From: Aliivibrio fischeri ES114
Lineage (GTDB): Bacteria; Pseudomonadota; Gammaproteobacteria; Enterobacterales; Vibrionaceae
Assembly (NCBI RefSeq): GCF_000011805.1
Contig: NC_006841.2
Strand: one strand, 5' to 3'
DNA length: 32,000 nucleotides
The notes under the pieces are model-generated. The model had not been told where the DNA came from and did no database searches. It was given only the letters and a program-made list of their open reading frames with translations. The translations under genes were made by a program, and so were the position numbers. Below are positions 10,581 to 18,467 of this stretch, piece after piece; within the stretch, counting starts at the first letter, position 1; each line of letters opens with the position of its first letter.

Positions 10581-10832
10581 ATGAACAATATGGAGATAAT
10601 GCAAATGGATACAACGTCACTCATCTATAACACTCTCACAAATTTAGCAACCGCAGAGCCGACTCAATGCGCTCAAATTCGACAAAAACTGTATGATGAA
10701 CTTAACTTATCATTTGATAAAAAGTTTGCATTATATTCAAGTGTGCTTGGTCCGGTGAGCGCAGGAAGAATTGACGATCTTAATGATGCAGTTAATAAAG
10801 CTCGTGCTATTTTAGAAGATAAAAATTATTGA
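10581..10832 (+). CDS. hypothetical small protein
   Basis: 83-aa ORF with four clustered ATGs at the 5' end. The GGAGA SD best fits the ATG at 10605. Confidence 0.5.
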   Translation: MNNMEIMQMDTTSLIYNTLTNLATAEPTQCAQIRQKLYDELNLSFDKKFALYSSVLGPVSAGRIDDLNDAVNKARAILEDKNY

Positions 10833-10903
10833 TGCTGTAATATGTCATTCTAGCCTTTTAATTAAGGCTAGAAATCTATTTGTAAATAATGAGGCTTGTC
10901 TTG

Positions 10904-11434
10904 TTAAAAAGTGCTCAGTATCTTTATAGAGCTAATTTTATTATCAAACCCTTTCGCATTCCCTTCCCCACTTTTACGAGTATAAAAACCACCAGTATAG
11001 TTTTTACCTTCATAAAAACGAACAGTCCAACCTGATGGGATATCATAAGAAGACATTCTATCGTCAAAGTTGTAATCACTTAAATCAGGTTCATTATGCT
11101 CAATACTTATCGATGACCCCATTTGATTACTGTGACTGTAAATCTCCACGCTCTTATTTGTGTTTGATTCTAAACCAAGTACGATTGTTGATTGGTTGCA
11201 TTTCGCTTCGCGAGACTTACAAAAAATACTATCTTCACCTTGAGATTTTTCACAGCGTCGTTGTACTTTATAACGTGCAATATCCTCTGTTATTCCTGCT
11301 TCTGCAAAAATGTCTTGGAACGGTTGAAGAGTACAGATGTATATCCGGCTCTCGTTATCAGAATCAAAATTAAATCCAGCATAAGAAGCTGAACTCAAAC
11401 CTAAAAGAGTGGTTAAAATGATTATTTTTTTCAT
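10904..11434 (-). CDS. secreted protein with C-terminal beta/gamma-crystallin-like module (tentative)
   Basis: Signal peptide MKKIIILTTLLGLSSASYA. C-terminus 'GWTVRFYEGKNYTGGFY..FDNKISSIKI' resembles a Greek-key motif. Confidence 0.6.
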   Translation of the reverse strand: MKKIIILTTLLGLSSASYAGFNFDSDNESRIYICTLQPFQDIFAEAGITEDIARYKVQRRCEKSQGEDSIFCKSREAKCNQSTIVLGLESNTNKSVEIYSHSNQMGSSISIEHNEPDLSDYNFDDRMSSYDIPSGWTVRFYEGKNYTGGFYTRKSGEGNAKGFDNKISSIKILSTF

Positions 11435-11629
11435 GATTACTATCTACCACAGCAACTACATTGCCATCATAAAGCACCCAAAAAGCCACCAAAAAACTGA
11501 TGGGAAGATTATCGTAACGCAAGATATATTAGAACAATATGACTGAATTTCAAACGGTTATATTATTAATTATTCGATAACCTAGAGATACATCAACATT
11601 ACTTCTCTGTGAATTAAATACTCTTTTTG

Positions 11630-12205
11630 TTAAATTGGTCTTGTCATAATTAATGGGTTTGGATTTAGTGTTTCGCAGTCTTTGTATAAATCAGCAGATA
11701 ATTGGCGAAAAGCGGCTTGTTTAATATATGAGGTTTTAAAGGCAATCATTGCTTCTTCTATTTTGTTAGAATATATAGGGGTAATAGACACATTATTCCA
11801 CTGATAATTAACATCGGTAACGTACACATTTAACGCGTCATAAGGTAATTGAAATACTAATGTTTGATTGCAAGGAGTAAAGGTTCCCAAAGGCGTCCCA
11901 CTTGCATCTTGTGCTTTAGTGGACGTAATAGCGATAAAACTCCCCGCTTTAGCTGACCCTACAATATACCGTCTATCTTTTGTATATTGATAAGACAAAG
12001 AAGAAAACCAATCTTCTTTAAAAACCGCATTTTCAAAGTCAATTTTACCTAATGACAATTTAATATCATAAATACTCGTAATGTTACCTATAACAAAGTT
12101 CACATTATGTAATTCTGTTTCTTTTTCAGTTACCACTTCGGTTTTCGTCGTTGAACATCCACTTAGGGCCAAGATCAGGGCTAAATTAAACATCCTTGCT
12201 AACAT
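11630..12205 (-). CDS. lipoprotein, unknown function
   Basis: Lipobox 'LALSGC'. The ATG at 12205 sits 6 nt after aaggtgg (the track start at 12214 is a GTG inside that SD). Confidence 0.65.
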   Translation of the reverse strand: MLARMFNLALILALSGCSTTKTEVVTEKETELHNVNFVIGNITSIYDIKLSLGKIDFENAVFKEDWFSSLSYQYTKDRRYIVGSAKAGSFIAITSTKAQDASGTPLGTFTPCNQTLVFQLPYDALNVYVTDVNYQWNNVSITPIYSNKIEEAMIAFKTSYIKQAAFRQLSADLYKDCETLNPNPLIMTRPI

Positions 12206-12349
12206 GTAAGCCACCTTATGCGTATAAAAGCTTATTGATTTAAATTAATTAAATCTTATAACATTGCTAAATACCCAACAGGTATAAAAATGTGAACTGA
12301 TTCGAATATATTCAATAACACGGTAACCCCGAACAGCTCTCTTAACTAT

Positions 12350-12480
12350 AAAAAAAGGGACTCAATGACTCGAATGAGTCCCAAATCTGTAATATCCATT
12401 TACAGTAATACTTATAAATAAGGAGTAAATACACCTTATCACTATGTCATTTATTAACCAACTGTTAAATAAAACAGGTT
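12350..12480 (-). ncRNA. sRNA-like element, copy U0 (homologous to the two units in cassette 29262-29705)
   Basis: Minus-strand 5' block aacctgttttatttaacagttggtt, a central hairpin carrying ACUCCUUAU, and the terminator gggactca / tgagtccc + U7. Confidence 0.45.
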
Positions 12481-12518
12481 TTCCTCCTTAATTTACTTAT
12501 TTCAGGTTGTTTAGGGAA

Positions 12519-12620
12519 TTATGAAATTTGTTCTGAAATAACAAATAGTATTTCAAGCAAGCTAGATACAATCAAATCAAAAAATACATAGAAAAGTTCA
12601 TCATTGATATAAGTAGTCAT
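12519..12620 (-). CDS. possible 33-aa hydrophobic peptide
   Basis: MTTYINDELFYVFFDLIVSSLLEILFVISEQIS. SD gaggt 6 nt upstream of the ATG. It ends 38 nt upstream of U0. Confidence 0.25.
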   Translation of the reverse strand: MTTYINDELFYVFFDLIVSSLLEILFVISEQIS

Positions 12621-12948
12621 TTAATTACCTCGCCTTTAGTTATCATGTTGGAGATTATTAGAAAATCACGGAAATACAACTTCAGTAACTGTAAAATATT
12701 ACAGTTTTAATATTTGTATTAGCACCTAATTTCAGGGAGTAACATACTGATATTAAAGATTATTATAACTCATACTTGATGCTTTTATACTGTTATTATT
12801 TAATAAGTTTCTTGTTACTTATTTGCATTTAAAGAAAGGAGTAAATCTATTATTGGAAACTATAAATATTTGCATTAATCATTGACATTACACTAAGGGG
12901 AGAGTTTAAAGTTAACTCAAATGTACAAATTGATTAATGAGGTAACTT

Positions 12949-13056
12949 ATGGGATGTTGTAATAAAACACCAAATGGAGGAGCCCCTCTAGGGTTATTAT
13001 TAAAAGTAATTTTTTGGATTGGACTTTTTATATTTTTGATCGCTTTATGGCAGTAA
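12949..13056 (+). CDS. possible 35-aa membrane peptide
   Basis: MGCCNKTPNGGAPLGLLLKVIFWIGLFIFLIALWQ. SD tgaggt. Upstream TTGACA (12882-12887), 17 nt, TTTAAA (12905-12910). Confidence 0.3.
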   Translation: MGCCNKTPNGGAPLGLLLKVIFWIGLFIFLIALWQ

Positions 13057-13178
13057 GCTTAATGAGTTCAATCGTAATGATTGTTCACATATACTAAAAA
13101 CTAAAACGCAAAAACAACTTATAGAATCAAGTAATTTATCTATGAAAATAGTGACATATGAAATTGAAAAAATTCATA

Positions 13179-13281
13179 TTTACGACGATTCGGTCATAGT
13201 CAAAATTGACGTATTAAAACGATAAACACCCGGCAAAATGAGATTGTCGAGTGTAGCAAATCGTGTTGATGCATTTGTTAT
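13179..13281 (-). repeat. attC, truncated terminal copy (R''/L'' half only)
   Basis: Aligns with full attCs from tttacgacgatt.. to ..cgtgttgatgcatttgttat, but the taacgcctgcataacacg arm is absent. Confidence 0.75.
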
Positions 13282-13994
13282 ATTGCAACACCTGAAATCG
13301 CTAATTGTACAGCTTGAGCCGCATGAATTTCAGTTATGTCGTATAATGGAACTTCTGTATATGCTTGCTGAATAAGTAGAGCAATTTCAGTACTACCTAA
13401 AATTACAGCTTCAGCACCCTGCTCATGCAAACTTTTAACGATACTTAAATACTTTTCTCTTGAATCTGAGTTTATTACACCTCTACACAATTCGTCGTAA
13501 ATGATGTTATGAACAGTCGTACGATCATTCTCTTCTGGCACAACAACTTCAATACCAAATTTTTCGGCCAAACGACTTTTATAGAAATCCTGCTCCATAG
13601 TAAAACGGGTACCAAGCAAGCCAACTTTTTTAATGCCATTGATAACCAATTTATTAGCTGTTGCATCGGCAATATGAAGAATTGGAATTGATATATTACT
13701 TTCAATTTCAGGTGCAACTTTATGCATAGTGTTAGTACAAATAATTAGGAAATCAGCGCCACCAGCTTCAACCGATTTCGCAGCTTCAACAAGAATTAAT
13801 GCAGTTTCATCCCATTCCCCCTGATGTTGTAATTTTTCAATTTCATCAAAGTTCACGCTGTATAGGCAGATTTTCGCAGAATTAAGGCCACCAAGTTCAT
13901 CTTTTATGCCTTCATTAATAGCTTTGTAATAACTTGCAGTGGATTCCCAACTCATGCCACCTAACATTCCAATTGTTTTCATCTTGTACTTCAT
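13278..13994 (-). CDS. aspartate/glutamate racemase-family protein (YgeA-like), second catalytic Cys replaced by Ser
   Basis: 'IICTNTMH' (first catalytic Cys) and 'ILGSTEIALL' where the family normally has GCTE. The stop codon lies inside the attC. Confidence 0.8.
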   Translation of the reverse strand: MKYKMKTIGMLGGMSWESTASYYKAINEGIKDELGGLNSAKICLYSVNFDEIEKLQHQGEWDETALILVEAAKSVEAGGADFLIICTNTMHKVAPEIESNISIPILHIADATANKLVINGIKKVGLLGTRFTMEQDFYKSRLAEKFGIEVVVPEENDRTTVHNIIYDELCRGVINSDSREKYLSIVKSLHEQGAEAVILGSTEIALLIQQAYTEVPLYDITEIHAAQAVQLAISGVAI

Positions 13995-14008
13995 TCCTTA
14001 AAAGTAAT

Positions 14009-14110
14009 ATAACGCGTATATAATACGTTTTCTGCCATGCAAACTTACCACTAAATACGGTAAACACAAAGGAATTAGAATGCAGCAAAACCTGTTAATT
14101 CATTTGTTAT
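14009..14110 (-). repeat. attC, degenerate (102 bp)
   Basis: ataacgcgtatataatacgttt ... cctgttaattcatttgttat. Both arms are recognisable but mutated. Confidence 0.6.
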
Positions 14111-14116
14111 GTGACT

Positions 14117-14566
14117 TCATTCCATTAGTAATTTAGGCCAATTTACATCAGCTTTAACAACATTACCTTTGATGTCTTTTCTCCAAGTCTTTTGGACTGA
14201 TTTACTATAATTAAGGTACAGCTTACCTTCAAAAATATCCCAAGCATTAGGGTCTATTTTTGCTGTATAACCTTCACTCACGGCCCACGCGCAGTAACCA
14301 CCATATTGAGGTGCATATATTGTAGGATTAGATACAAATAGTTTAAGATTGTTTTGTGAACAAAAGTACCATTTTGAACCATTCCATTTGTAAGTAATAT
14401 TTTTGTTACCTTTTATAGCTTGGCTTTCTGTAAAGTATGCGACGGGATCATACCCTTTGATAGCTTTACCGAAAAAGTCACTGTTTACAGGCTCAACTGA
14501 AAAAGCAGGTGTGAGTAAACCTAACCATAAAAAGAATGTAAATATTAATTTTGTATAATGACTCAT
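14117..14566 (-). CDS. YHS-domain periplasmic protein
   Basis: Signal peptide, then 'AIKGYDPVAYF..YAPQYGGYCAWAV..GKLYLNY', typical of YHS-domain proteins. SD agggag. Confidence 0.75.
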   Translation of the reverse strand: MSHYTKLIFTFFLWLGLLTPAFSVEPVNSDFFGKAIKGYDPVAYFTESQAIKGNKNITYKWNGSKWYFCSQNNLKLFVSNPTIYAPQYGGYCAWAVSEGYTAKIDPNAWDIFEGKLYLNYSKSVQKTWRKDIKGNVVKADVNWPKLLME

Positions 14567-14627
14567 ATTAACTCCCTGATTTAACGAATCGATAAACTAA
14601 ATAAAAATTTTAGGAATTACATAACGG

Positions 14628-15062
14628 CTAACAACATTTGACCATTTTAATGTGAGGAACACCTGTTACTTTAGCTATATAAGAATTCCCTATCGTTTCA
14701 AAGCCAATTTTTTCATACATTACTACTGCATTTAATCTAGCATGTAAAAACACTTCTTCAGCTCCTTTTTCCAAAGCTAAATTTACTAACTCTGATAAAA
14801 TTCTAGTCCCTAAACCCTTACCTTGCATTTTGGGTTGTACAACCATCTGGGATATTTTAAAAATACCTTTTGCAATTTCACTTAACCGACCATACGCATA
14901 TAACTCGCTCTTCTCAACGATAGCTACATGAGTACTATTTTCTTCCAAATCATCAACTAGAATTTCTTTTGGTAATCCTGGTTCGCGAAAAAATAAATCG
15001 TATCGTAAATTTAAGGCTTGTTGATATATATCATCCGTACTTTGTAAGTTGATAATTTCCAT
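14628..15062 (-). CDS. GNAT family N-acetyltransferase
   Basis: Acetyl-CoA motif 'VVQPKMQGKGLGTRIL'. SD aggagg 4 nt upstream. Confidence 0.8.
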   Translation of the reverse strand: MEIINLQSTDDIYQQALNLRYDLFFREPGLPKEILVDDLEENSTHVAIVEKSELYAYGRLSEIAKGIFKISQMVVQPKMQGKGLGTRILSELVNLALEKGAEEVFLHARLNAVVMYEKIGFETIGNSYIAKVTGVPHIKMVKCC

Positions 15063-15077
15063 TTTTCCTCCTTTTCC

Positions 15078-15162
15078 ATAACACCGGTCAACTTATAATG
15101 ATAATCATACTCGAAATTAAAAGCGCCGAATGTTGTAAGTAGCGTGTTGATGGCTTTGTTAT
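15078..15162 (-). repeat. attC, short variant (85 bp)
   Basis: ataacaccggtcaac ... gttgatggctttgttat. The two ends are mutually complementary. Confidence 0.7.
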
Positions 15163-15312
15163 ACGCACTGCTTAACTGAACTGCTAGCTAATTGTTTAGT
15201 CTCTGATAAGTTTTGATACCAGTTATTAAAAACCAATTGAAATTCAGTAAAAGTCATAGTACCAAAATCATAAAATTTGTATCGATTTAATACATCTATC
15301 ACTTTATCTCTA

Positions 15313-15861
15313 TTAATTAATTAATTGAGACGTAAATCTGACTGCTGTTACATGAGCTGTACTAAGTCTATATCTGCTATCAATCGTGGTGTGTAATGAA
15401 GATTCTTGATATCTATTTCTCAATTTATTTCGTAACTCATTTAAACCTTCTCCAATAGGAAATCCTTGAATTAAAATGCAAGATGTTGATATTGTTACTC
15501 CTTCAAATTTAATACTTATCGACTCTGTGTCTTGCATGCATTGTTTGAAAATTTGAACATATGAAAAGGTATCGATATCAGCCAGTTGGAATCCAGGTAT
15601 GCAGCTAATAATAGAGAGAATAGTTAAATGTAATTCTTCTTCAGGATAGTAATATTGCTTAGGTTCGACTTTCTTTAATTCACATAAGAATTCAGTTATT
15701 TTTCGGCTAACTTTACTCTCATTATTTTGTAGATAAGTTAAAGCCGTGACACCTCTTCGAGTATCGTTAGGGTCACTAATTAACTTATCAATATCGCACT
15801 GTCCACTTTTTATTTTTGAATACGAAGAATCCCACATTTCATCATAAATTGTCTTTAGCAC
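15313..15861 (-). CDS. 2H phosphoesterase superfamily protein (LigT/cyclic phosphodiesterase-like)
   Basis: Two H-x-T-x motifs ('LHLTIL' and 'AHVTAV') at the spacing expected for the 2H fold. GTG start with gtgagg SD 8 nt upstream. Confidence 0.6.
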   Translation of the reverse strand: MLKTIYDEMWDSSYSKIKSGQCDIDKLISDPNDTRRGVTALTYLQNNESKVSRKITEFLCELKKVEPKQYYYPEEELHLTILSIISCIPGFQLADIDTFSYVQIFKQCMQDTESISIKFEGVTISTSCILIQGFPIGEGLNELRNKLRNRYQESSLHTTIDSRYRLSTAHVTAVRFTSQLIN

Positions 15862-15880
15862 AGAATCGACCTCACTAAAT

Positions 15881-15992
15881 TAACATATAAGTTTTATAAC
15901 AACTTTACTACTATGCAGGTTAGACTCAAATTGGTAAACCCAAAGAAACCTAGAATGCCGAGTGTAGCAAATCGTGTTGATGCATTTGTTAT
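15881..15992 (-). repeat. attC (112 bp; R' arm degenerate, C-like centre)
   Basis: taacatataagttttataacaac ... gtagcaaatcgtgttgatgcatttgttat. Confidence 0.75.
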
Positions 15993-16128
15993 ACGAATAG
16001 AATGAACGTGAGATTATATCTTATAAATCAGGATGTCACATAAGAAGGATTACATGTCCTTTTGCCGATATATATACATAAATGGACATGTTAGCATCAT
16101 TTCTTTTATGACAAAAATTGAGTTACTA

Positions 16129-16920
16129 ATGAAAAAAATAACCATCTCAGATTTAAACAACTGGAAAGAAGTAGGTGAAAAATTTGCATCAATAACCGCT
16201 TATGATGCCAGCTTTGCTAAAATATTTGAAGAGCAAAGTATGCCTGTCATAATTGTCGGAGATTCACTTGGTTCTGTCATACAAGGTAAGCCAACAACTT
16301 TAGATGTAAGTATTGAAGAATTGGTTTATCACACAAAATGCGTTAGAGCAGGAAGTCCAAATGCTTTCATTATTTCAGACCTGCCTTTCATGAGTTATCA
16401 CACCCCTGAAGCAGCATGTGGTTCAGCAGCTAAATTAATGAAAGCAGGTGCAAATATGGTAAAGATTGAAGGCGGTAGTTGGTTAATTAATACAGTTAAG
16501 ATGTTAACTGAACGCGCAGTACCAGTTTGTGCTCATTTAGGTTTAATGCCACAAGCCGTAAATATATATGGTGGATATAAACTTCAAGGTAAAACAGAAG
16601 AACAAGCCACAAAAATGCTAGAAAATGCAAAAGAACTTCAGCGTGCAGGTGCTCAAGCACTGATACTTGAATGTATCCCTGCGAAATTGGCACGACAAAT
16701 CACATTAGAATTACACATTCCAGTAATAGGAATTGGTGCAGGTAATGATACCGATGGTCAAGTTTTAGTTATGCATGATATTTTAGGTATATCTGCTAAT
16801 TATATTCCAAGATTCTCTAGAAATTTCCTCGCTGAAACCGGGTCGATCGAAGCCGCTGTAAAAAAATATATAGATGAAGTCAAACAACAAACCTTCCCTG
16901 GTGAAAAACATTGTTTTTAA
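16129..16920 (+). CDS. panB: 3-methyl-2-oxobutanoate hydroxymethyltransferase (ketopantoate hydroxymethyltransferase), cassette-borne copy in reverse orientation
   Basis: Collinear with E. coli PanB as I recall it: '[10 protein letters not shown]', 'GDSLG', 'DLPFMSY', '[10 protein letters not shown]', '[12 protein letters not shown](M/T)PQ', '[15 protein letters not shown]', 'NFLAETG'. The ATG at 16129 gives the normal 263 aa; the track start at 16033 adds a spurious leader. Confidence 0.9.
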   Translation: MKKITISDLNNWKEVGEKFASITAYDASFAKIFEEQSMPVIIVGDSLGSVIQGKPTTLDVSIEELVYHTKCVRAGSPNAFIISDLPFMSYHTPEAACGSAAKLMKAGANMVKIEGGSWLINTVKMLTERAVPVCAHLGLMPQAVNIYGGYKLQGKTEEQATKMLENAKELQRAGAQALILECIPAKLARQITLELHIPVIGIGAGNDTDGQVLVMHDILGISANYIPRFSRNFLAETGSIEAAVKKYIDEVKQQTFPGEKHCF

Positions 16921-16932
16921 TGTAAGTAATTT

Positions 16933-16958
16933 AAGCCGATTAACCACATCGGCTTTAT
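16933..16958 (+). terminator. hairpin after panB (weak U tract)
   Basis: aagccgat / atcggctt stem. Confidence 0.5.
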
Positions 16959-16991
16959 AACTTATATTTCAAGATAGTTAATAAATTCGCC

Positions 16992-17111
16992 TAACGCCTG
17001 CATAACACGTTTACTACTATGCGATTATACTCAAAATTGACGCCTTAAAACGAGAAACACCCGACAACCTGAGATGCCGAGTGTAGTAAATCGTGTTGAT
17101 GCATTTGTTAT
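16992..17111 (-). repeat. attC subtype A (120 bp)
   Basis: Both conserved arms intact. Confidence 0.92.
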
Positions 17112-17119
17112 GCCCGTAC

Positions 17120-17374
17120 TCAAACTTTATTAATTATCACTTTTAGGTATACGTCGTTTACCGATGTAAAAACAAACGGCCTACCATTTGCTATCACTAC
17201 GTTTTTATTCATATCACAGATTGAAATTACATGTTTAGCTGGAATTATAATTAATTCTCCCTTCTTACAGTTTTGATAAGAAGTACAATATTCCTCAGAT
17301 TTAGTATCAAATACACTCGCTTGTACCATTATTGAGAACATAAAAGTCAGAATTACAATCAGAAATTTTTTCAT
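17120..17374 (-). CDS. small secreted protein, unknown function
   Basis: 84 aa with signal peptide MKKFLIVILTFMFSIMVQA. Second gene of a two-gene cassette. Confidence 0.5.
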   Translation of the reverse strand: MKKFLIVILTFMFSIMVQASVFDTKSEEYCTSYQNCKKGELIIIPAKHVISICDMNKNVVIANGRPFVFTSVNDVYLKVIINKV

Positions 17375-17405
17375 AATTTGAACCTAAAAATATTAAAATA
17401 AAGCG

Positions 17406-17768
17406 TTATGTTAGATATTTATATGTGGCTTTTTGGGAATATTCAGCAATACCGAGTATTTCAAATACACCACCAATAGTTGTAAAGTTACACCCTCCTT
17501 CTTTCGCACATGCTTTAAGGTTTTCATTAAACCAAGTTCGAGTAAAGAAACCTGTATTTACTAACCTTTGATGAGCTTTTTCAAATTCATTAATTGTCAC
17601 CCCTTTTTCATAATATTGAGCTTTAGTTGAATGAGATGGGATTCTATAAATTAAAGCCTCTTCATTACGACGCATCCCCATTCCCTTTATTTTAAATTCC
17701 GCTTTAGCTTTGGGTTTCGGAATAACTAGCCCAGATTCCTTAGCTAATTTTTTAATCATTAATTCCAT
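17406..17768 (-). CDS. hypothetical protein (possibly related to 26019..26387)
   Basis: 120 aa. SD ggagga upstream. C-terminal pattern '..GGCNFTTIGGVFEILGI..'. Confidence 0.6.
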   Translation of the reverse strand: MELMIKKLAKESGLVIPKPKAKAEFKIKGMGMRRNEEALIYRIPSHSTKAQYYEKGVTINEFEKAHQRLVNTGFFTRTWFNENLKACAKEGGCNFTTIGGVFEILGIAEYSQKATYKYLT

Positions 17769-17784
17769 TTATCCTCCGAGGGCA

Positions 17785-17886
17785 TAACGCCGCAATAACA
17801 CGTGCGAACGACCGACTTTCAAAACCAATTACACTCCAAACCACAAACGCCGAGTGTAATTAGCATCGTGTTGATTGCTTTGTTAC
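17785..17886 (-). repeat. attC subtype E (102 bp)
   Basis: taacgccgcaataacacgtgcgaac ... gcatcgtgttgattgctttgttac. Confidence 0.9.
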
Positions 17887-18345
17887 ACGATCTTTGTCAA
17901 CGCTTCGCTTTAATTGGTAAAGAACTGATTTACCGATAATATTTAAAAACCAATTCTAAATTACAAAAGCTAATTTAGCGAACAAAAGAACCGTTCAACT
18001 ACAAAAACTGCGAAACGAAGCAATCCTTTTTCTAGCACCATTTTAACGATTTAGTTTCAGCAAGTTTGGGGCTGATAAACCAAATATCCTAACCACAATT
18101 GGGATTGAAAATGCTACGAGCAAAGCACGAATGCAGGATAAAATGAGGCAACACCAAAGAACAATTGAAGCGTGAATTGGTTTCTGAAATCCATGAACTT
18201 TTGGCAATAATGGTTAATTGCCGAACCTGATGAAACGGACATTAAAAGGCAACAAAGAAAAAGGAAATCCACCCTACTTTCACGTCTAAAAAACTAACGG
18301 CTCAATCACTGGACTGAGCCAAAAAACTGCAATCTTTAGTTCGTG
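17887..18345. repeat. ORF-less integron cassette, family copy A1
   Basis: No ORF of 60 aa or more. Near-identical to 23856..24314 and shares conserved core blocks with 23276..23733. Confidence 0.85.
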
Positions 18346-18467
18346 TAACGCCTGCATAACACGTTTGCTACGATACAGACCTAGCTGAATTTTACTGCCT
18401 TAATCACTGAAACTAAAGGCAAACTGACAACGCCGAGTGTAGCAAATCGTATTGATGCATTTGTTAT
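18346..18467 (-). repeat. attC subtype B (122 bp)
   Basis: Both arms intact (one A for G change in cgtattgatg). Confidence 0.92.

Noticed and set aside
3609-11392. Antisense or overlapping ORFs in the core region: 3609..3815, 4085..4381, 4713..4925, 5026..5208, 6114..6332, 7540..7788, 8006..8191, 8739..8996, 9126..9440, 10399..10584, 11035..11373, 11192..11392.
   Set aside because: Each lies inside or opposite a longer ORF with clear family motifs. They have no SD and give low-complexity products, so they are shadow ORFs.
14567-14627. A possible short attC between the YHS and GNAT genes.
   Set aside because: Only R'-type boxes are present (taacg..ataac). There is no complementary R''/L'' arm, so it is at best a remnant. 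The two genes are treated as one fused cassette.
16033-16128. Upstream extensions of real genes from the ORF track: panB from 16033, DUF4243 from 20132, cti from 847, ABC-ATPase from 6420, FAD oxidoreductase from 5913, VOC from 26972.
   Set aside because: The extensions start at TTG/GTG or run into attC or terminator sequence. Internal ATGs with good SDs give proteins of the expected family length.
17887-18345. The ORF-less cassettes might be CsrB-like GGA-motif sponge RNAs.
   Set aside because: Only about five or six GGA triplets occur per copy. That is roughly what base composition predicts, and they are not placed in repeated hairpin loops.
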